A DNA stretch of 64,000 bases from assembly GCF_965641715.1 (NCBI RefSeq), contig NZ_OZ282453.1; one strand, written 5' to 3'. The position numbers were made by a program, and so were the translations under genes. The first letter of the stretch is position 1; each line of letters begins with the position of its first letter. The DNA is from Escherichia coli (GTDB taxonomy: Bacteria; Pseudomonadota; Gammaproteobacteria; Enterobacterales; Enterobacteriaceae). Positions 10,255-22,606 of the stretch are shown here, piece by piece. Under the pieces are notes generated by a model. It saw only the letters and a program-made list of their open reading frames with translations. It was not told the DNA's origin and made no database searches.

Positions 10255-12270
10255 ATGGCTGAACTGACTGCGCTTCACACATTAACAGCGCAAATGAAAC
10301 GTGAAGGGATCCGCCGCTTGCTGGTGTTGAGCGGGGAAGAGGGTTGGTGTTTTGATCATGCGCTTAAGTTACGTGATGCCTTACCTGGCGACTGGCTGTG
10401 GATTTCGCCGCAGCCAGATGCTGAAAACCACTGTTCTCCCTCGGCACTACAAACTTTACTTGGGCGCGAGTTCCGGCATGCGGTATTCGACGCCCGCCAC
10501 GGCTTTGATGCCGCTGCCTTTGCCGCACTTAGCGGAACGTTGAAAGCGGGAAGCTGGCTGGTTTTGTTACTCCCTGTATGGGAAGAGTGGGAAAACCAAC
10601 CTGATGCCGACTCGCTGCGCTGGAGTGATTGCCCTGACCCTATTGCGACGCCGCATTTTGTCCAGCATTTCAAACGCGTACTTACGGCGGATAACGACGC
10701 TATCCTCTGGCGGCAAAACCAGCCGTTCTCGTTGGCGCATTTTACTCCCCGTACTGACTGGCACCCCGCGACCGGCGCACCACAACCAGAACAACAGCAA
10801 CTCTTACAGCAGCTACTGACCATGCCGTCGGGCGTGGCAGCGGTAACTGCTGCGCGTGGGCGCGGTAAATCGGCGCTGGCAGGGCAACTCATTTCTCGTA
10901 TTGCGGGCAGTGCGATTGTCACTGCGCCCGCAAAAGCGGCAACGGATGTACTGGCACAATTTGCGGGCGAGAAGTTTCGCTTTATTGCGCCGGATGCCTT
11001 GTTAGCCAGCGATGAGCAAGCCGACTGGCTGGTGGTCGATGAAGCCGCAGCCATACCTGCGCCGTTGTTGCATCAACTGGTATCGCGTTTTCCTCGAACG
11101 TTGTTAACCACTACGGTGCAGGGCTACGAAGGCACCGGACGTGGTTTTTTGCTGAAATTTTGCGCTCGCTTTCCGCATTTACACCGTTTTGAACTGCAAC
11201 AGCCGATCCGCTGGGCACAGGGATGCCCGCTGGAAAAAATGGTTAGTGAGGCACTGGTTTTTGACGATGAAAACTTCACCCATACACCACAAGGCAATAT
11301 TGTCATTTCCGCATTTGAACAGACGTTATGGCGAATCGAGCCAGAAACGCCGTTAAAGGTTTATCAGTTATTGTCTGGTGCGCACTACCGGACTTCGCCA
11401 CTGGATTTACGCCGCATGATGGATGCACCAGGGCAACATTTTTTACAGGCGGCTGGCGAAAACGAGATTGCCGGAGCGCTGTGGCTGGTGGATGAGGGTG
11501 GATTATCTCAAGAACTCAGTCAGGCGGTATGGGCAGGTTTTCGTCGCCCGCGGGGTAATCTGGTGGCCCAGTCGCTGGCGGCGCACGGCAGCAATCCACT
11601 GGCGGCGACATTGCGTGGACGGCGGGTCAGCCGGATTGCAGTCCATCCGGCGCGTCAGCGCGAAGGCGTTGGGCAACAGCTCATTGCCAGCGCTTTGCAA
11701 TATAGGCCTGGCCTCGACTATCTTTCGGTGAGTTTTGGTTACACCGGGGAGTTATGGCGTTTCTGGCAACGCTGCGGTTTTGTGCTGGTGCGAATGGGTA
11801 ATCATCGTGAAGCCAGCAGCGGTTGCTATACGGCGATGGCGCTGTTACCGATGAGTGATGCGGGTAAACAGCTGGCTGAACGTGAGCATTACCGTTTACG
11901 TCGCGATGCGCAAGCTCTCGCGCAGTGGAATGGCGAAATGCTTCCTGTTGATCCACTAAACGATATCGTGCTTTCTGACGACGACTGGCTTGAACTGGCC
12001 GGTTTTGCTTTCGCTCATCGTCCGCTATTAACATCGTTAGGTTGCTTATTGCGTCTGCTACAAACCAGTGAACTGGCATTACCGGCGCTGCGTGGGCGTT
12101 TACAGAAAAACGCCAGTGACGCGCAGTTATGTACCACACTTAAACTTTCAGGCCGCAAGATGTTACTGGTCCGTCAGCGGGAAGAGGCCGCACAGGCGCT
12201 GTTCGCACTTAATGAGGTTCGCACTGAGCGTCTGCGCGATCGCATAACGCAATGGCAATTTTTTCACTGA
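10255..12270 (+). CDS. tmcA: tRNA(Met) cytidine acetyltransferase
   Basis: 671 aa; helicase-like GRGKSA Walker A motif plus C-terminal GNAT-like region; position between ypfJ and ypfH. Confidence 0.85.
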   Translation: MAELTALHTLTAQMKREGIRRLLVLSGEEGWCFDHALKLRDALPGDWLWISPQPDAENHCSPSALQTLLGREFRHAVFDARHGFDAAAFAALSGTLKAGSWLVLLLPVWEEWENQPDADSLRWSDCPDPIATPHFVQHFKRVLTADNDAILWRQNQPFSLAHFTPRTDWHPATGAPQPEQQQLLQQLLTMPSGVAAVTAARGRGKSALAGQLISRIAGSAIVTAPAKAATDVLAQFAGEKFRFIAPDALLASDEQADWLVVDEAAAIPAPLLHQLVSRFPRTLLTTTVQGYEGTGRGFLLKFCARFPHLHRFELQQPIRWAQGCPLEKMVSEALVFDDENFTHTPQGNIVISAFEQTLWRIEPETPLKVYQLLSGAHYRTSPLDLRRMMDAPGQHFLQAAGENEIAGALWLVDEGGLSQELSQAVWAGFRRPRGNLVAQSLAAHGSNPLAATLRGRRVSRIAVHPARQREGVGQQLIASALQYRPGLDYLSVSFGYTGELWRFWQRCGFVLVRMGNHREASSGCYTAMALLPMSDAGKQLAEREHYRLRRDAQALAQWNGEMLPVDPLNDIVLSDDDWLELAGFAFAHRPLLTSLGCLLRLLQTSELALPALRGRLQKNASDAQLCTTLKLSGRKMLLVRQREEAAQALFALNEVRTERLRDRITQWQFFH

Positions 12271-12343
12271 CTCCTTCAATTTTCTCCCATGGTCATTGTG
12301 AGTCAGCGGCGTAAAATTAATAACATCAGTTAAGGAGTTCGCC

Positions 12344-13042
12344 ATGAAACATGACCATTTTGTTGTTCAAAGCCCGGATAAACCTGCGCAACAGTTGTTA
12401 CTGCTTTTCCACGGTGTCGGGGATAACCCGGTGGCAATGGGGGAAATAGGCAGCTGGTTTGCGCCGCTATTTCCTGATGCGCTGGTGGTGAGTGTCGGAG
12501 GCGCGGAGCCGAGCGGTAATCCGGCGGGGCGTCAGTGGTTTTCGGTGCAGGGTATTACGGAAGATAATCGCCAGGCGCGTGTGGATGCGATCATGCCGAC
12601 GTTTATTGAAACGGTACGCTACTGGCAGAAACAGAGTGGAGTAGGGGCTAACGCCACGGCGCTAATTGGTTTCTCACAAGGCGCGATTATGGCGCTGGAG
12701 AGCATTAAAGCCGAACCGGGCCTTGCCTCACGCGTCATTGCCTTTAACGGACGCTATGCGAGCCTGCCGGAAACCGCGTCTACAGCCACGACAATTCACC
12801 TGATTCATGGCGGTGAAGATCCGGTTATCGATCTGGCGCATGCAGTTGCGGCGCAGGAAGCGTTAATCAGTGCCGGTGGTGACGTGACGCTGGATATCGT
12901 GGAGGATTTAGGCCATGCGATCGACAATCGCAGTATGCAATTTGCCCTGGATCACTTGCGTTATACCATTCCGAAACATTATTTCGACGAAGCGCTAAGT
13001 GGCGGTAAGCCTGGCGATGATGATGTGATTGAAATGATGTAA
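12344..13042 (+). CDS. ypfH: esterase YpfH (alpha/beta hydrolase)
   Basis: 232 aa with GFSQG nucleophile-elbow motif. Confidence 0.85.
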   Translation: MKHDHFVVQSPDKPAQQLLLLFHGVGDNPVAMGEIGSWFAPLFPDALVVSVGGAEPSGNPAGRQWFSVQGITEDNRQARVDAIMPTFIETVRYWQKQSGVGANATALIGFSQGAIMALESIKAEPGLASRVIAFNGRYASLPETASTATTIHLIHGGEDPVIDLAHAVAAQEALISAGGDVTLDIVEDLGHAIDNRSMQFALDHLRYTIPKHYFDEALSGGKPGDDDVIEMM

Positions 13043-13045
13043 TAA

Positions 13046-13116
13046 TAGCCGGGTAGGGCTGATAAGACCGTATCAGACATCATGGCCGGATGCGGCGTGA
13101 ACGCCTTATCCGGCCA
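13046..13116. repeat. REP element
   Basis: gccggatgcggcgtgaacgccttatccggc palindromic unit. Confidence 0.5.
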
Positions 13117-13122
13117 CTCAGC

Positions 13123-13323
13123 TTACTTCTTCGGTTGATCCTTTTTCGGCCAGTCGTCGTCATCGTCCCACTTATCGTTGAAATCACGATGCGGGGGAAG
13201 CTCCGGCTTGTTGGCGAGAAATTTCTTATGGTCGACGCGCTTGAGATCTTTAATCACGTTCAGCAGGACGCCTACCAAAAAGACAATCACCAGAATCCAC
13301 CAATATTTAGCCAGCCAGTCCAT
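13123..13323 (-). CDS. ypfN: small membrane protein YpfN
   Basis: 66 aa [21 protein letters not shown]... with an acidic DDDDDW C-terminus. Confidence 0.7.
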
Positions 13324-13350
13324 GCTTATTTCCTCTTGCAGAACCACTCA

Positions 13351-14478
13351 TCACGCGACGAGCTGTTCCATGATACGTTGATACATACGGGCAAGTAGCT
13401 GCAGGTCGGCAGCGTTCACACATTCATTAATTTTATGAATAGTGGCATTGACCGGCCCGAGTTCCACCACCTGCGCCCCCATGCGGGCAATAAAGCGCCC
13501 GTCGGACGTTCCGCCTGTGGTCAGTAGCTGCGGTTTAATTTCATTATAGTGCTCAACCGCGTTAACGACCGCATCCACCAGTTTACCGCGCGCGGTCAAA
13601 AATGGCTGCCCGGAAAGCCACCAGTCCACCGTATAACGCAGTTGATGTTTTTCAAGCAGGGCAAGTACCTGCGCTTTGATCATCTCATCAGTCAGTTCGG
13701 TACTGAAGCGGAAGTTAAACTGCACAAACAGTTCACCCGGAATAACGTTGTTACTGCCCGTTCCCGCCTGAATATTGGCAATCTGCATACTGGTCGCCGG
13801 GAAGAATTCATTGCCTTGATCCCACTCAATAGCCACTAATTCATTAAGGAAAGGTGCTGCGCGATGTACCGGATTGTCAGCCAGATGTGGGTAGGCAACA
13901 TGCCCCTGAACGCCATGAATGGTTAGGTTGCAGGTTAACGATCCGCGACGACCATTTTTCACCACATCACCTACCACTTCGATACTCGACGGTTCGCCGA
14001 CCAGGCAGTAATCGAGACGCTCATTACGTGCCATTAACGCTTCGACGACTTTTACCGTACCATTGTGTGCACTGGCTTCTTCATCAGAGGTGATCAGAAA
14101 TGCCAGTCGCCCCGTATGGTTGGGATGTTGTGCGACAAAACGTTCTGCCGCTACCACCATCGCCGCCAGCGAGCCTTTCATATCTGCCGCACCGCGCCCG
14201 AATAACATGCCGTCACGAATGGTTGGTTCAAACGGCGGATTGATCCAACGGTCGGCGTCGCCAGGCGGCACCACGTCGGTATGCCCGGCAAAGGCTAACG
14301 TTTCACCTTGCCCACGCCATGCCCAAAAATTCTGCGTATCGGCAAAGTCCATGCGTTCAACGGTAAAACCGATCGCCTGCAAACGTTCAATCAACAAAGC
14401 CTGGCATCCTGCGTCATCAGGACTCAGGGAAGGGCGGCGAATAAGCTGTTGTGTCAGCTCAATAACCGGGCACGACAT
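13351..14478 (-). CDS. dapE: succinyl-diaminopimelate desuccinylase
   Basis: 375 aa M20-peptidase-family sequence [22 protein letters not shown]... Confidence 0.9.
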
Positions 14479-14481
14479 AGA

Positions 14482-14856
<375 letters not shown>

Positions 14857-15218
14857 TTATGAGAATAAATACTCATTTAAGGGTGAAAACATTTTGCCTG
14901 CAAATGATTATCAGGAAATATAACATTATCGAAGTATTCAAATTAACAACTATTAAATAATATTAAACATTTTTAACGTAAACATTAAGAATATTCATCT
15001 TGTTATCTGTCTGTATTTTAACCAGAATTAAATCAGTATTAGATGCCGTATGAATATCTCGAAATGTTGCTGTGTATCACATACAAATTATCACCGCAGG
15101 ACCATAGTATTTACATAAGGTTTGTCCCCCGGAGGTAGTCATCGCAGCAATCGAGTAAATTAGCTTCACCACGGTATATTGTTTCCGTAGAATACCCATA
15201 ATTATAAGAGAGGTTGTT

Positions 15219-15278
15219 ATGATTGAACGTGAACTGGGGAACTGGAAAGACTTTATCGAAGTTATGCTTCGTAAGTAA
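15219..15278 (+). CDS. ypfM: 19-aa microprotein YpfM
   Basis: ATG preceded by an AGAGAGG Shine-Dalgarno; encodes MIERELGNWKDFIEVMLRK; below the ORF-track length cutoff. Confidence 0.5.
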   Translation: MIERELGNWKDFIEVMLRK

Positions 15279-15340
15279 TTCCTGAGACAAAGTATAAACA
15301 GCAAGAACCCGCTGAGCAGGTTCTTAATCGGAAAGTTGAA

Positions 15341-15371
15341 AAAGGCGACACATTGGCATGTCGCCTTTTTT
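15341..15371. terminator. bidirectional rho-independent terminator between ypfM and acrD
   Basis: ggcgaca...tgtcgcc hairpin flanked by an A tract and a T tract. Confidence 0.55.
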
Positions 15372-15376
15372 ATTGC

Positions 15377-18300
15377 TTATTCCGGGCGCGGCTTCAGCGG
15401 GAAGCGGCGGCGCACCAGCACAAAGAACAGCGGCACGAAGTAAATAGCCAGAATAGTAGCCGAAATCATCCCGCCCATTACGCCAGTACCCACCGCATGC
15501 TGACCACCGGAACCGGCACCCGTGCTGGTTGCCATTGGCAATACGCCGAAGATAAATGCCAGCGAGGTCATCAGAATCGGGCGTAAACGCTGACGGCAGG
15601 CGTGGAGCGTCGCTTCAAACAGGTCGTGGCCTTTTTGGTTCATCTCGTTAGCAAACTCGACGATCAGGATGGCGTTTTTCGCCGATAAACCAATGACCGT
15701 TAACAGGCCCACCTGGAAGTAAACGTCGTTTTCCAGCCCGCGCATCCAGGTTGCCAGCAGCGCGCCGATTACCCCCAGCGGCACGACCAGCATTACCGAG
15801 AACGGTACCGACCAGCTTTCATACAATGCAGCCAGACACAGGAATACCACCAGCAAGGAAATGGCGTACAGCGCCGGAGCCTGCGCGCCGGAAAGCCGCT
15901 CCTGATACGACATCGCCGTCCACTCCAGACCAAAGCCGTTTGGTAGCTGCTTCACTAACGATTCCATAATATCCATCGCCGTACCGGTACTGACCCCCGG
16001 TGCGGCTTCCCCAACAATTTCAACCGCAGAATAACCGTTATAGCGTTCCAGACGCGGCGAGCCTGTCTCCCAGCGTGAGGTCGCGAAAGCAGAGAAGGGC
16101 ACCATGCCGCCATCTTTATTTCGGACATACCAGAGATTGATGTCATCTGGCAGCATGCGATACGGCGCAGCTGCCTGCACATAGACTTTCTTCACGCGAC
16201 CGCGATCCATAAAGTCATTCACATAGCTCGAACCCCAGGCGGTTTGCAGTGTGTCGTTAATATCGTCGATAGCAACGCCCAGCGCCTGAGCTTTACGCTG
16301 GTCGATATCAATCTGCAACTGCGGACTGTCGTCGAGGCCGTTATGGCGCACACGGGTTAGCTCCGGGTTTTCCGCCGCCAGCGCCAGCAACTGGTTACGT
16401 GCTGCCATCAGCGCATCGTGACCTGCTCCAGCGTGGTCCTGCAACTCCATATCAAAACCTGCAGAACTACCAAGACCGCTAATTGCTGGCGGGCTGCTGG
16501 CGATAACGCGAGCTTCTTTAATTTGGTTAAACGCCTTTGTTGCACGCTCGATAATGGCAAACGAGGTGCCGGTCTTACTGTCGCGTTCGCTCCAGTCTTT
16601 CAGGCGGATAAACATTCGCGCCACGTTTTGCCCGTTACCCCCAGGGCCAGAACCAACAGTGGCAAACACCGACATGATGTTGTCTTTTTCATGGGTGAAG
16701 TAATATTTCTCGATTTGCTCAACGACTTTCAGGGTCTGTTGTTGGGTTGAACCGCTGGGCAATTGTACCGAGGTAGTAAACATGCCACGGTCTTCCAGCG
16801 GTAAGAACGACGTCGGCAAACGCAGGAACAGGAACACCATGCCGCCAAGCAGCAGGACATAAATCACAATCCAGCGCAGGCTACGGTGGAGAATTTTCGC
16901 CACCCCTTTTTCGTAGCGTTCGGCGTTGCGGTTAAACATCTGGTTAAACCAGGCAAAAAAGCCTTTTTGCCCGTGATGCTCACCTTTTTTCAGTGGCTTA
17001 AGTAGCGTGGCACACAGAGCCGGAGTGAGGATCATCGCTACCAGTACTGACAGCACCATCGCCGCAACAATGGTAATAGAGAACTGGCGATAGATGGCAC
17101 CGGTGGTGCCGCCGAAGAAGGCCATTGGTACAAATACCGCCGAAAGCACCATCGCAATCCCGACCAGTGCCCCCTGGATCTGCCCCATCGATTTACGTGT
17201 GGCTTCGCGAGGAGTGAGTCCTTCCTCACTCATAATACGTTCGACGTTTTCCACCACCACGATGGCGTCATCCACCAGCAGACCGATCGCCAGTACCATC
17301 GCGAACATGGTTAAGGTGTTGACGCTGTAACCGAAGGCGTAAAGTACGGAGAAGGTTCCCATCAACACCACCGGCACGGCGATAGTGGGTATCAGCGTGG
17401 CGCGGAAGTTTTGCAGGAACAGATACATAACGAGGAAAACCAGAGCGATAGCTTCCAGCAGCGTTTTCACCACGTCTTCAATGGAGGCTTTAACAAACGA
17501 GGTGGTTTCATACGCCACCTTGTATTCCAGTCCGTGCGGGAAGTACTGCGCCAGCTCGTCGAGACGATTGAGCACCAGCTCCGCTGTCGCCATTTCGTTT
17601 GCGCCGGAGGCCAGTTTTACCCCCAACCCGGAGGCTGGCTTACCATTGAAGCGGCTAAGATAATCGTATTTCTCCGCCCCCATCTCGACGGTGGCGACAT
17701 CGCCCAGCCTTACCTCTGAGCCGTCCTGATTCACCCGCAAGGTGATATCGCGGAACTGTTCTGGTGTTTGCAGCAGTGACTGGGCGTTAATGGTGGCGTT
17801 GAGCGCCTGCTTATCGACGGAAGGTGTACCCCCAAGTTGCCCAACCGCAATCTGCGCGTTCTGTGACTCAATGGCATCAGTGACATCTTTAGCCGTCATC
17901 TGGAAACTGTTGAGTTTCGCCGGGTCCAGCCAGATACGCATGGAATATTGCGAACCATAGGCATCGATATCCCCGACGCCATTCACGCGGCTTAACGGGT
18001 CCTGAATATTACTGGCAACATAATCGGCAATATCCTGTTTATCCATCGAACCATCGGTAGAGACGAAGGCAATGGTCAGAATGTTGGTATCGCCGGTTTT
18101 ACGCACCGTCACGCCCTGATTTTGCACCGCCTGCGGTAACTTTCGCATGGCTGATTGCAGCTGGTTTTGTACTTGCTGCACGGCTTCGTCCGGATCGGTG
18201 CCTGCTTTAAAACTTAAAGTGACAGATGCCTGACCGGTGCCACTGCTCTGAGATGACATATACATGAGATTATCGAGGCCAGTCATATTTTGCTCGATAA

Positions 18301-18490
18301 CCTGGGTCACGGTGTTTTCCAGCGTCTGGGCCGATGCGCCGGGATAGTTAGCGGTCACTCGCACATTCGGTGGCGCGAGATCGGGGTATTGTTCAACGGG
18401 CAATGAAAAAATCGCCAGGGTACCTGTCAGACACAACAGGATTGCCAGCACCCAGGCAAAAATGGGGCGATCAATAAAGAAATTCGCCAT
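15377..18490 (-). CDS. acrD: RND-family aminoglycoside efflux pump AcrD
   Basis: 1037 aa [21 protein letters not shown]... Confidence 0.9.
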   Translation of the reverse strand: MANFFIDRPIFAWVLAILLCLTGTLAIFSLPVEQYPDLAPPNVRVTANYPGASAQTLENTVTQVIEQNMTGLDNLMYMSSQSSGTGQASVTLSFKAGTDPDEAVQQVQNQLQSAMRKLPQAVQNQGVTVRKTGDTNILTIAFVSTDGSMDKQDIADYVASNIQDPLSRVNGVGDIDAYGSQYSMRIWLDPAKLNSFQMTAKDVTDAIESQNAQIAVGQLGGTPSVDKQALNATINAQSLLQTPEQFRDITLRVNQDGSEVRLGDVATVEMGAEKYDYLSRFNGKPASGLGVKLASGANEMATAELVLNRLDELAQYFPHGLEYKVAYETTSFVKASIEDVVKTLLEAIALVFLVMYLFLQNFRATLIPTIAVPVVLMGTFSVLYAFGYSVNTLTMFAMVLAIGLLVDDAIVVVENVERIMSEEGLTPREATRKSMGQIQGALVGIAMVLSAVFVPMAFFGGTTGAIYRQFSITIVAAMVLSVLVAMILTPALCATLLKPLKKGEHHGQKGFFAWFNQMFNRNAERYEKGVAKILHRSLRWIVIYVLLLGGMVFLFLRLPTSFLPLEDRGMFTTSVQLPSGSTQQQTLKVVEQIEKYYFTHEKDNIMSVFATVGSGPGGNGQNVARMFIRLKDWSERDSKTGTSFAIIERATKAFNQIKEARVIASSPPAISGLGSSAGFDMELQDHAGAGHDALMAARNQLLALAAENPELTRVRHNGLDDSPQLQIDIDQRKAQALGVAIDDINDTLQTAWGSSYVNDFMDRGRVKKVYVQAAAPYRMLPDDINLWYVRNKDGGMVPFSAFATSRWETGSPRLERYNGYSAVEIVGEAAPGVSTGTAMDIMESLVKQLPNGFGLEWTAMSYQERLSGAQAPALYAISLLVVFLCLAALYESWSVPFSVMLVVPLGVIGALLATWMRGLENDVYFQVGLLTVIGLSAKNAILIVEFANEMNQKGHDLFEATLHACRQRLRPILMTSLAFIFGVLPMATSTGAGSGGQHAVGTGVMGGMISATILAIYFVPLFFVLVRRRFPLKPRPE

Positions 18491-18653
18491 TAAAAGAGGA
18501 CCTCGTGTTTCTGCGTATCGTTGTAGGCTTGACTTGCTTCACTGTAGCGGCAAGGTACGAGCCAATCGTGGAGAAAAAAAGGAGTTAATGTAAATTATCA
18601 TGCCCTTTTATACTGAACCTTAAGTGCAAGTATTCTTTGGTCAGTAGGAGGCA

Positions 18654-20354
18654 TTACATTAACTGACTTTCCTCACCCTCCGCAGAGCGAAAGCTAATAC
18701 TCACTAACGTGCCGCCGCCGGAAGGTTGTGAAAAAGTCAGCGTCCCACCCAGCCGTTCCGCGCGTTCGCGCATGATATTCAGACCATAATGACCTTCGGG
18801 TTCTTTCGGTTCACCGATACCAATCCCGTTATCACGGATATAAACCGTGTGATTGCCGTCCGGCGCGGTGACGCAACTGACGGCAATTTCGCTGGCGTTG
18901 GCGTGCTTCATCGCATTTAGCACCGCTTCGCGAATAATTTGCAACAAATGCACCTGCATTTGCGCATCCAGCGCCAGGGTTGGCAGACGGCAGTCGAGGG
19001 TCAGTTTGGCGCTGGTTTGATTTTGTAACGTATCCAGCATTTCCCTCAACGCGGAGGGGAGATCCGCCTGCTGCAGCGTCAGGCGGAAAGTAGTCAACAG
19101 CTCGCGTAACTGCCGATAAGCATCATTCAACGCCTGGGAAAAATCGGCCATGATACTTTGTGCGGTGTCGTTATCTTCCGGTATCGAACGCTTCAGTAAC
19201 GTCAACTGGATACGTAAGTAAGAAAGCACCTGAGCCAGCGAGTCGTGCAATTCGCGGGCGATGGTCGCACGTTCTTCCATCAACAATAACTGCTGAAAAT
19301 GCTTCTGCGCCTGATTAAAGTACAAACCGCGTCCCAGCATCGACGAAACGCTGTTAAGCAGCGGTTCTGATGATGAAACGTGACTATTTTGCCAGTGCAG
19401 TTCGCCGTAAACCGTCTCTTGCATTGTCACCGGTAAAATCTGCATCGGCAATTCCGGGTTTGGTTGCCCTTCGCTAATCCGCCAGTTTTCACCGACATTT
19501 AACTCCAGATATTCAGCCGCTTCATTGTCGCGAACAATCTGCAAAATATGGCGGAAACAATGCACATCAATCTGGCTGGTGTTCAGCGCCTGCGAACACT
19601 GATACAACACCTCCAGACGACGCTTGGCCTCGTGGAGATCGCGGGTCTTTTCTTCTACTGACGCCTCCAGCGAACGGTACAATTTATGTAGCTCGCTCGA
19701 CATCTGGTTAAAGGTTTTTGCAAGCAGGCCAAGCTCATTCGGCAGGCTGGTATCCAGCGGTGGCGAGTCGAACTGTCCGTGTTCAATACGCTGACTGGCG
19801 GTAACCAGCTGATTCAGCGGGGCAACCACCTGATGGCGTATGCGGCGCAAAGTAAAAAAGACCAGCGTGAAAATACCGATGCCGCCAGCCAGGGAAATCG
19901 CCACCACCAGCAGCATTTTGCGTTCAGCGTAGTGCTGTAAAGCCAGCACGAACAGGTCTATCTGATTAACATAATTATTAATATTGGCCTGATACCACGG
20001 CAAGTCGCCCTTGCTGAGACGATTATTCATCTCCAGCCAGTTGGCATTCAGATGCGCATAGCGAGTTTTTACTGCCTCTGGCACATACCAGACGTTGAGG
20101 TTGGTTAATACCGGTGAATGCAGTGCCTGCTGAAATAACTGGCGATGTGCATTGAGTTGTGGACTGCCACTTTGCAAGTCGTAGCCCAGGCGGTAACTCT
20201 GCATACGCAGCGATCCGGCAATATTGATAGCCTCAGCGTCGCGCAAACTGCTCGCCAGAGTTAGCAGAGCGATACCCGTGGAAAGAATCGACAGCAGCAC
20301 AATGTAAAAAAAGGCCCGGGCCAGACTGGCCGAGACGGGTCGTTTAACAATCAC
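18654..20354 (-). CDS. narQ: nitrate/nitrite sensor histidine kinase NarQ
   Basis: 566 aa from a GTG start (track residue V in ...VIVKRPVSASL); HAMP and histidine-kinase regions. Confidence 0.9.
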   Translation of the reverse strand: MIVKRPVSASLARAFFYIVLLSILSTGIALLTLASSLRDAEAINIAGSLRMQSYRLGYDLQSGSPQLNAHRQLFQQALHSPVLTNLNVWYVPEAVKTRYAHLNANWLEMNNRLSKGDLPWYQANINNYVNQIDLFVLALQHYAERKMLLVVAISLAGGIGIFTLVFFTLRRIRHQVVAPLNQLVTASQRIEHGQFDSPPLDTSLPNELGLLAKTFNQMSSELHKLYRSLEASVEEKTRDLHEAKRRLEVLYQCSQALNTSQIDVHCFRHILQIVRDNEAAEYLELNVGENWRISEGQPNPELPMQILPVTMQETVYGELHWQNSHVSSSEPLLNSVSSMLGRGLYFNQAQKHFQQLLLMEERATIARELHDSLAQVLSYLRIQLTLLKRSIPEDNDTAQSIMADFSQALNDAYRQLRELLTTFRLTLQQADLPSALREMLDTLQNQTSAKLTLDCRLPTLALDAQMQVHLLQIIREAVLNAMKHANASEIAVSCVTAPDGNHTVYIRDNGIGIGEPKEPEGHYGLNIMRERAERLGGTLTFSQPSGGGTLVSISFRSAEGEESQLM

Positions 20355-20559
20355 ACGCGTCTTCTCCACAAAAAATCATTAATGTTCCAGTTCGCTGAAA
20401 CGCAATTTAGTCAGTGATGGGATTATTTGATCTGCCACAGTTTATAGCGAAATAGTTACTTATTCTGGGCACATGAACATTGCCGATTCCCCTGTAAGTC
20501 GGGTAATAACAACACTCATATAAAGAATAAGGTTTTTACAACCAAAAAAGAAGGTCGTT

Positions 20560-22539
20560 ATGAATCGTTTTATTATGGCCAACAGTCAGCAATGTCTGGG
20601 TTGTCATGCTTGTGAAATCGCTTGTGTCATGGCTCACAATGATGAGCAACATGTCCTGAGCCAACATCATTTTCATCCCCGAATTACGGTTATCAAACAT
20701 CAGCAGCAACGTAGTGCAGTGACCTGTCACCATTGTGAAGATGCGCCCTGCGCCCGTAGCTGCCCTAATGGCGCAATCAGCCACGTTGATGACAGCATTC
20801 AGGTCAATCAGCAAAAGTGTATTGGCTGTAAATCCTGCGTGGTGGCCTGTCCGTTTGGTACGATGCAAATCGTCCTGACACCCGTCGCAGCGGGCAAAGT
20901 TAAAGCCACGGCGCATAAATGCGACCTTTGTGCAGGGCGCGAAAACGGTCCTGCCTGTGTCGAGAATTGCCCGGCGGACGCGCTGCAGCTGGTCACTGAC
21001 GCCGCACTCTCAGGCATGGCGAAATCCCGCCGCTTGCGTACCGCACGTCAGGAACATCAACCGTGGCATGCCAGTACCGCTGCACAAGAAATGCCGGTAA
21101 TGAGTAAAGTCGAACAAATGCAGGCAACGCCCGCGCGTGGCGAGCCGGATAAACTGGCGATTGAAGCGCGCAAAACCGGTTTTGATGAAATTTATCTGCC
21201 ATTCCGTGCCGATCAGGCACAACGGGAAGCCTCGCGCTGCCTTAAATGCGGCGAGCACAGCGTTTGTGAATGGACCTGCCCGCTGCATAACCATATACCG
21301 CAGTGGATTGAACTGGTGAAAGCCGGAAACATCGACGCCGCCGTCGAGCTTTCTCACCTGACCAACACCCTGCCGGAAATTACCGGACGCGTTTGTCCGC
21401 AAGACCGTTTGTGTGAAGGTGCCTGTACTATTCGCGATGAGCACGGTGCGGTAACTATCGGCAACATTGAACGCTACATTTCAGATCAGGCGTTGGCGAA
21501 AGGTTGGCGCCCTGACTTAAGCCATGTCACCAAAGTGGACAAGCGGGTGGCGATTATCGGTGCAGGTCCGGCAGGGCTGGCCTGTGCGGATGTTCTGACC
21601 CGCAATGGCGTGGCGGTGACGGTGTACGATCGCCATCCAGAAATCGGTGGCTTGCTCACTTTCGGCATTCCTTCTTTCAAACTGGATAAATCCCTGCTGG
21701 CACGCCGTCGGGAAATCTTCAGCGCGATGGGGATTCACTTCGAACTCAATTGTGAAGTGGGTAAAGATGTCTCTTTGGATTCGCTTTTGGAACAATACGA
21801 CGCGGTCTTCGTTGGCGTAGGCACTTACCGTTCCATGAAAGCGGGTTTACCCAATGAAGATGCGCCGGGCGTTTATGACGCGCTGCCGTTCCTCATCGCC
21901 AACACTAAACAGGTGATGGGGCTCGAAGAGCTACCGGAAGAGCCGTTTATCAATACCGCCGGACTTAACGTCGTGGTACTGGGCGGCGGCGACACCGCGA
22001 TGGACTGTGTGCGTACTGCGCTGCGCCACGGCGCGAGTAACGTCACCTGCGCTTATCGTCGTGATGAAGCTAACATGCCAGGCTCGAAGAAAGAGGTGAA
22101 GAACGCCCGCGAAGAGGGGGCCAACTTCGAATTTAACGTCCAGCCGGTGGCGCTTGAGCTGAATGAACAAGGTCACGTTTGCGGGATTCGTTTCCTGCGT
22201 ACGCGTCTTGGCGAGCCGGATGCCCAGGGGCGTCGGCGTCCAGTACCGGTGGAAGGCAGTGAATTTGTCATGCCAGCCGACGCGGTGATTATGGCGTTTG
22301 GCTTCAATCCGCACGGGATGCCGTGGCTGGAGTCGCACGGTGTAACGGTAGACAAATGGGGCCGCATCATCGCGGATGTGGAAAGCCAGTACCGTTACCA
22401 GACCACCAATCCGAAAATCTTCGCCGGTGGCGACGCCGTGCGTGGTGCGGATCTGGTGGTTACCGCAATGGCAGAAGGACGTCATGCGGCACAGGGGATT
22501 ATTGACTGGCTGGGGGTAAAATCAGTCAAATCTCACTGA
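20560..22539 (+). CDS. aegA: Fe-S cluster oxidoreductase AegA (GltD-like)
   Basis: 659 aa; N-terminal ferredoxin Cys clusters; GAGPAG dinucleotide-binding motif. Confidence 0.85.
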   Translation: MNRFIMANSQQCLGCHACEIACVMAHNDEQHVLSQHHFHPRITVIKHQQQRSAVTCHHCEDAPCARSCPNGAISHVDDSIQVNQQKCIGCKSCVVACPFGTMQIVLTPVAAGKVKATAHKCDLCAGRENGPACVENCPADALQLVTDAALSGMAKSRRLRTARQEHQPWHASTAAQEMPVMSKVEQMQATPARGEPDKLAIEARKTGFDEIYLPFRADQAQREASRCLKCGEHSVCEWTCPLHNHIPQWIELVKAGNIDAAVELSHLTNTLPEITGRVCPQDRLCEGACTIRDEHGAVTIGNIERYISDQALAKGWRPDLSHVTKVDKRVAIIGAGPAGLACADVLTRNGVAVTVYDRHPEIGGLLTFGIPSFKLDKSLLARRREIFSAMGIHFELNCEVGKDVSLDSLLEQYDAVFVGVGTYRSMKAGLPNEDAPGVYDALPFLIANTKQVMGLEELPEEPFINTAGLNVVVLGGGDTAMDCVRTALRHGASNVTCAYRRDEANMPGSKKEVKNAREEGANFEFNVQPVALELNEQGHVCGIRFLRTRLGEPDAQGRRRPVPVEGSEFVMPADAVIMAFGFNPHGMPWLESHGVTVDKWGRIIADVESQYRYQTTNPKIFAGGDAVRGADLVVTAMAEGRHAAQGIIDWLGVKSVKSH

Positions 22540-22606
22540 TAGCCTGCGCAGACAAACCCGACTTCACAGCGTAATATAATTGTTCATTTCGCGCTGTGGA
22601 GTCGGT

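Noticed and set aside
10356-11054. 232-aa ORF antisense to tmcA
   Set aside because: Ser/Ala/Cys-rich low-complexity translation inside the tmcA frame; no ribosome-binding site.
13090-13398. 102-aa plus-strand ORF covering the REP element and ypfN
   Set aside because: Runs antisense through ypfN and starts inside a REP palindrome; the established small gene ypfN on the minus strand explains the region.
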